Assembly (NCBI GenBank): GCA_964440745.1
Contig: CAYTXF010000004.1
Coordinates: 1-52,454 of the forward strand
Source of the DNA: an uncultured Bacteroides sp.
Lineage (GTDB): Bacteria; Bacteroidota; Bacteroidia; Bacteroidales; Muribaculaceae
Direction of reading: 5' to 3'
Length of the DNA stretch: 52,454 bases
The notes under the pieces were generated by a model that saw only the letters and a program-made list of their open reading frames with translations, ran no database searches and was not told the DNA's origin. A program made the translations under genes and the position numbers. Positions 47,917-52,454 of the stretch are shown here, piece after piece. Each line of letters begins with the position of its first letter. Positions within the stretch are counted from its first letter, which is position 1.

Positions 47917-49953
47917 ATGACTTACCGATTACTCCTTGGCACTCTGGCTCTATGTGCTTTGACAGTAGGCGCTCAAGAACATCTGAAAAGCTTGAATGCA
48001 AGCACACTGGACCCCAACGTTTCACCCAAAGAAGACTTCTATCACTATGTCAACAATGGCTGGATGAAGGCCAATCCCCTGACCGACGAGCACTCAAGTT
48101 ACGGCTCATTCAATATCCTGAGCGATACTGCTGAAGTGCGCGTGAAGAATATAGTCCTGGGCCTGGCAGCCACCAATCCCCAGCCGGGCACTGTGGCCTT
48201 CAAGGTTGCTACAATATATGAGCAGGCCATGGATTCGACCCGCCGCAATGCCGAGGGCGCAGCCCCCATCAAGCCTCTGCTTTCCAAAATCGAGAACACG
48301 GCTCCCGAGGACATGACCGACCTCTTCCTGTGGATGCACACCAACTATGCAAGCCCGTTCTTCGGCGCAGGACCCATGGAGGATTTGGCCAATAGCAATG
48401 AATATGCCATGTATGTGTCAGGAGGAGGCATGGGCATGGGCGACCGCGATTACTACCTGCTCGATGATGCTCGCAACAAAGAGGTGCGCGAGGCTTACAA
48501 GAAACTGATCGTGGGCCAGATGCGCAATGCTGGTTATAGTAAGAAGGATGCTCAGCGCATCATGAACAATGTGATGAAGATCGAGACAGCACTTGCCGAC
48601 TCGGCCTGGACTCGCGAGCAGAGCCGCAACATCCCCGCCATGTACAATGTGTTCACTTTGGCAGATTTGCAAGAGACATATTCCGCTGTCGACTGGAAGA
48701 ATTTCTTCCCCACCACTATGGGCATCGATGCCCCCGAGACTGTGATTGTGACCGAACCTAACAGCGTGATGCAGAGCATGAACCTGATCAGCAGCCTTAC
48801 TGACCGCGAGAAGAAGGACTATTATCTCTGGGAAATCGTGAGCGGAGCCTCAAGCCGCTTGAGCGACGATTTCGTGAACACAAGCTTCGAATTCAGCAAG
48901 GTGATGTCGGGAGTAAAAGAACTGCGTCCGCGTTGGAAACGCGCCTTGTCAGCCACCGAGGGCTGTCTGGGCGAGGCTATTGGCGAACTCTACGTGGAGG
49001 AATATTTCCCCGAGAGCTCAAAGGAATACATGATTGGTCTGGTGGAAAATCTGCGCACAGCGCTGGGCAAGCATATCATCGAGCTCCCCTGGATGACTCC
49101 GGAGACCAAGCTCAACGCTATCAAGAAGCTTCAGGCCTTCACCGTGAAGATAGGCTATCCTGACAAGTGGAAGGACTACACCACTATGGAGATCGACCCG
49201 GACCTTTCCTACTACGACAACATGCACAATGTGGGTATGTGGTACCAGGCCGACCAATATTCCAAGTGGGGCAAGCCCGTGGACAAGACTGAATGGGGCA
49301 TGACTCCGCAGACAGTAAACGCATACTACAATCCTCTGGCCAATGAGATAGTGTTCCCAGCAGCAATCCTGCAGGCTCCCTTCTATGATCCCGAGGCATC
49401 TGATGCCGAAAATTATGGAGGCATTGGCGTGGTTATCGGTCACGAGATGAGTCACGGATTTGACGACCAGGGCCGCAATTTCGATGCCAACGGCAATATG
49501 GTAGACTGGTGGACCGAAGAGGACTCTGAGGCATTCATGGCTCTGGCTCAGGGCCTGATTGACCAGTTCAACGCTGTTGAGATTCTGCCGGGCTTGATGG
49601 CCAACGGCCAGTACACCCTTGGCGAAAACATCGGCGATCAAGGCGGTCTGAGAATAGCCATGACAGCCTTCAAGGATTCGCAGCGCCGCAAGGGCGTCGA
49701 CATCGATGCCGAAGAGGCAAAGATCGACGGCTTCACTCCCCTGCAGGTGTTCTACATGAATTACGCCAATCTGTGGGCCAGCAACGAGCGCGACGAATTC
49801 AAGCGCCAGATTACCCAAGGCGATGTGCATTCGCTTGGCGTGAACCGCGTGAATGTGACTCTGCGCAACCTCGCTCCCTTCTTCGAGGCTTTCTCAATCA
49901 CCGATGGCGACACCATGTATCGTCCTGAGGCAGAGCGCGTGGTGATATGGTAA
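47917..49953 (+). CDS. pepO: M13 family metalloendopeptidase (PepO/neprilysin-like)
   Basis: DFYHYVN, KIGYPD, VNAYY, HEMSH (HExxH), GENIGD; signal peptide from ATG 47917. Confidence 0.93.
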   Translation: MTYRLLLGTLALCALTVGAQEHLKSLNASTLDPNVSPKEDFYHYVNNGWMKANPLTDEHSSYGSFNILSDTAEVRVKNIVLGLAATNPQPGTVAFKVATIYEQAMDSTRRNAEGAAPIKPLLSKIENTAPEDMTDLFLWMHTNYASPFFGAGPMEDLANSNEYAMYVSGGGMGMGDRDYYLLDDARNKEVREAYKKLIVGQMRNAGYSKKDAQRIMNNVMKIETALADSAWTREQSRNIPAMYNVFTLADLQETYSAVDWKNFFPTTMGIDAPETVIVTEPNSVMQSMNLISSLTDREKKDYYLWEIVSGASSRLSDDFVNTSFEFSKVMSGVKELRPRWKRALSATEGCLGEAIGELYVEEYFPESSKEYMIGLVENLRTALGKHIIELPWMTPETKLNAIKKLQAFTVKIGYPDKWKDYTTMEIDPDLSYYDNMHNVGMWYQADQYSKWGKPVDKTEWGMTPQTVNAYYNPLANEIVFPAAILQAPFYDPEASDAENYGGIGVVIGHEMSHGFDDQGRNFDANGNMVDWWTEEDSEAFMALAQGLIDQFNAVEILPGLMANGQYTLGENIGDQGGLRIAMTAFKDSQRRKGVDIDAEEAKIDGFTPLQVFYMNYANLWASNERDEFKRQITQGDVHSLGVNRVNVTLRNLAPFFEAFSITDGDTMYRPEAERVVIW

Positions 49954-50046
49954 AAATCGCCGAACTGCGAAAACAATCTGGCTTTCATTTGTTGTAATGC
50001 CTGAATATCACGCGTTTCACTGAGATTTCGTGGATGATAGAGCAGA

Positions 50047-50089
50047 ATGCCTATGGTGTCAACGAGGCTATGGGAGGCACCATAGGCAT
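50047..50089. terminator. Hairpin between convergent pepO and ATPase genes
   Basis: ATGCCTATGGTGTC ... GGCACCATAGGCAT. Confidence 0.55.
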
Positions 50090-50109
50090 AGCCATGATCT
50101 GGGGCATCG

Positions 50110-51252
50110 TCAGGCTAATTCTTGGGCCTGATCCTTTGCGAACCAAAGGGCAAAGACTGGATCGGCAAAATACAAGCCTTCTGACCGACGCTCAATCAAT
50201 TCTTTTTCAATAAGGGATTGGGTTAGTTTTGCAACATTTGATTTGCTGCCAAGATTGAATTGCTCCAAAAGTTCTTTGGACGCGAATTTAGCATGATGTC
50301 CTGCCAATATGGCTCGCAACATATTCATTTGATATGTGCTTAGACCAGAAATTTGCTGTTGAAAGAGAGAACTCGTCTGTGCTATCAATGCATCCAATCC
50401 ATTGTTGAAGGCTTGTTCATTCACTTCTTTGTCCGTCTCAGCAAATATATTCCATGCCAGTTGCTGCACGTATGATGAGTAACAATCAGTAAATTCACAA
50501 ATTTTTTCACAAAAATCAATGCTTATAATCTTGTCTCTGCTCGCAAATCGACTTTGTATGTAGGTAATCCAATCCGGCGAGGGAATTTTGTTTAATATTA
50601 TCATTTCACCGAACTGATAAAAGGGCATCCTTTTATTTTGGAAAAGATTAGTCATCAGGTGTTTCTTGCTGCCGAAGAGACAGTAAGAACAGTTTTCCTG
50701 ATGTTGCCATACCCCTCGCATCCTTTTCTGGAGAGTCAATGAATTTGGCATTTCACCAATTTGTTGAAATTCATCAATGCAGATCACTATTTGTTTGCCG
50801 CGCTTTTTCCCTACAGCCTCAGGCAAGTTCAGAATTTCTTCTGGTGTATGAGTTTCAGGGGTTAGTCCCAAATACAATGCAAATTCATTGTTGGGACCCA
50901 ATCCGCTCATCGCAATTTTAGGCGTTATGCGAGAAAGGAATGTTTTGGCGTTTTCAAGCCATTTCTCGGCTGTAGAAGATGTTTGCTGAATAATCGCGGC
51001 GGCAAATTTGTTATAGAAATCATATTCACTCCGACAATCATATATATCCAAATATATGGTGATAACATCAGTGTTATCCTTCATAGACGATATGGCTTTC
51101 TTTACCACCGAGGTCTTGCCCATGCGACGAGGAGAAATGAGAATAGTGTTCATTCCATTCTCAAAATTCAACTTCAATCTATGGGTCTCTCTTTCACGGT
51201 CTGTGAAATTGTCACCTTGGACAGCCATGCCATAAACAAATACTTTGCTCAT
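50110..51252 (-). CDS. AAA+ 'archaeal-type' P-loop ATPase with probable C-terminal winged helix
   Basis: FTDRERE, SPRRMGKT (Walker A), ICIDEFQ (Walker B), FGS, C-terminal L.EKELIE....Y..DP.F..W; visibly more AT-rich than its neighbours. Confidence 0.85.
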   Translation of the reverse strand: MSKVFVYGMAVQGDNFTDRERETHRLKLNFENGMNTILISPRRMGKTSVVKKAISSMKDNTDVITIYLDIYDCRSEYDFYNKFAAAIIQQTSSTAEKWLENAKTFLSRITPKIAMSGLGPNNEFALYLGLTPETHTPEEILNLPEAVGKKRGKQIVICIDEFQQIGEMPNSLTLQKRMRGVWQHQENCSYCLFGSKKHLMTNLFQNKRMPFYQFGEMIILNKIPSPDWITYIQSRFASRDKIISIDFCEKICEFTDCYSSYVQQLAWNIFAETDKEVNEQAFNNGLDALIAQTSSLFQQQISGLSTYQMNMLRAILAGHHAKFASKELLEQFNLGSKSNVAKLTQSLIEKELIERRSEGLYFADPVFALWFAKDQAQELA

Positions 51253-51272
51253 AAAATTCTAATTTACAAGTG

Positions 51273-51327
51273 CAAAGATACAAATTTTTCTTTAGTACAC
51301 CAAATGGTGGACCACCTTTTGGTGTAC
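51273..51327 (-). promoter_or_regulatory. ATPase promoter with an upstream 33-bp palindrome
   Basis: TATCTTTG -7 element (51273-51280, minus) and GTACACCAAA-T-GGTGG-A-CCACC-T-TTTGGTGTAC (51295-51327). Confidence 0.55.
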
Positions 51328-51366
51328 CACAAATTCCATTTCAAGTTTCTTTTATTATTTTAGGCC

Positions 51367-51559
51367 TGAGGGTGTGTCATAATAGGCTTTCCTCAGGGAA
51401 CCCCGTAGGGGTTCTTCCAAATAGATACAAGATTATCTCTTTTTAATCAAAAATTGGCACCTGTGGTGCCAATTTTTGATTATTTTAGGGGATTTCCCTA
51501 TCTATTTGAAAGAATCCCGCTGGGATTCGCAAGGTAATGTGCATTATGACACACCCTCA
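51367..51559. mobile_element. MITE-like non-autonomous element, 193 bp, with nested palindromes
   Basis: Perfect 17-bp terminal inverted repeats TGAGGGTGTGTCATAAT / ATTATGACACACCCTCA, internal inverted 30-bp sub-repeats and a central 18-bp perfect stem; no ORF. Confidence 0.72.
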
Positions 51560-51666
51560 TTAAACAATTTGTGAAATTATGTTAAAAACGGTGTTTTGGA
51601 GTGTCCTAAAATTATGTATCTTAGATGAATTTATTACTTTTGCATTATAGTAATATAGTATTTGAT

Positions 51667-52287
51667 ATGGACCAGAAAGCAATGTTTAAATTGAGCTATG
51701 GGCTGTTTGTGCTCACAGCTCGAGCCAAAGAGAATGATGTGGAAAGAGACAATGGCTGTATTGTGAATACAGTGCAGCAAGTCACCGATACCCCTCTGCG
51801 CATCAGTGTCACAGTGAACAAGGCTCATCTCACTCATGATATGATAAAAGCCACAGGGCTCTTCAATGTATCCATCCTCAGCGAATTGGCAAAGTTCGAC
51901 ACCTTCAAGCATTGGGGCTTTGTAAGCGGCCGCGAGGCAGACAAGATGATTGGCATCGAATATGCACGCAGCGCTAACGGATTGATTTATCTCACCGACC
52001 AAACCAACGCTTATATCAGCGCCAAAGTGTGCCAGGAAATCGACCTTGGCACCCACACCCTCTTCATCGCCGATGTGGAAGAGGCCGAAGTGCTCAAGCC
52101 CGATGAGCGCTCTGTCACCTATGCTTTCTACCAGGAAAACATCAAGCCCAAGCCCAAGCCTGAAAAGAAGAAGGGATGGGTTTGCACTGTCTGCGGCTAT
52201 GTCTACGAAGGCGATCCCCTCCCCGCCGACTTTGTTTGCCCCTGGTGCCTCCACCCAGCCTCCGATTTTGTCCCTCTCGACCAATAG
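51667..52287 (+). CDS. Flavin reductase-like protein with C-terminal rubredoxin domain
   Basis: MFKLSYGLFVL, NGCI.NT..QVT, FNVSIL, GTHTLFI, WVCTVCGY...CPWC.H; ATG 51667 preferred. Confidence 0.9.
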   Translation: MDQKAMFKLSYGLFVLTARAKENDVERDNGCIVNTVQQVTDTPLRISVTVNKAHLTHDMIKATGLFNVSILSELAKFDTFKHWGFVSGREADKMIGIEYARSANGLIYLTDQTNAYISAKVCQEIDLGTHTLFIADVEEAEVLKPDERSVTYAFYQENIKPKPKPEKKKGWVCTVCGYVYEGDPLPADFVCPWCLHPASDFVPLDQ

Positions 52288-52454
52288 ACATCACACTGTG
52301 TCAAACCAGTGTTTGTCGAATTGCTAATAAAGTATAAATTTTTGGCTGAAATTGAGGTTATTAGCTGCAAATGAGCAAGAAAAATTTTGTCATGTGGGGA
52401 AAAATTGCTTAATTTGCACTCCGTTTTGTAGGGTAGGCCCAGAAACGCGCTGAG

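Noticed and set aside
52425-52454. TPP riboswitch (GCTGAG at the window end)
   Set aside because: The upstream P2/P3 pattern is not convincing and the sequence is truncated.

Overview
This is a chromosomal segment of a gut-type Bacteroidales bacterium. The assignment rests on the Bacteroidetes TAnnTTTG -7 promoter motifs, the parE-coaD-S41 and HU-bS22-RNase G gene order, and a C-terminal 'YYNLQG' T9SS-like tail; Muribaculaceae-like is an inference. Most of the window is housekeeping and metabolic genes: parE, coaD, S41 protease, DbpA-like helicase, MsbA-like ABC exporter, asnB, asd, PpiD-like chaperone, HU, RNase E/G, purN, rubrerythrin, metF and PepO. It also carries dispersed CAZymes (GH13, GH2, GH5, GH51, DUF2264, DUF4861) with no SusC/D pair. 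I see no rRNA, tRNA, CRISPR array, intact transposase, integrase or prophage. The most notable items are (i) a stand-alone phospholipase-B-like (PLBD-type) Ntn-hydrolase gene of a family best known from eukaryotes, (ii) an iorA-iorB-aminotransferase-CoA-transferase cluster that could form a complete amino-acid oxidation route, (iii) several structured non-coding elements (a REP-like hairpin cluster, a 193-bp nested-palindrome MITE, an inverted heptamer-repeat hairpin/G4 motif, a multi-hairpin leader before RNase G), (iv) two small ORFs and an LRR gene remnant missed by the ORF track, and (v) an Rpn nuclease with a candidate internal antitoxin. All assignments come from motif reading by eye; no database searches were run, and I cannot claim that any element is previously undescribed.
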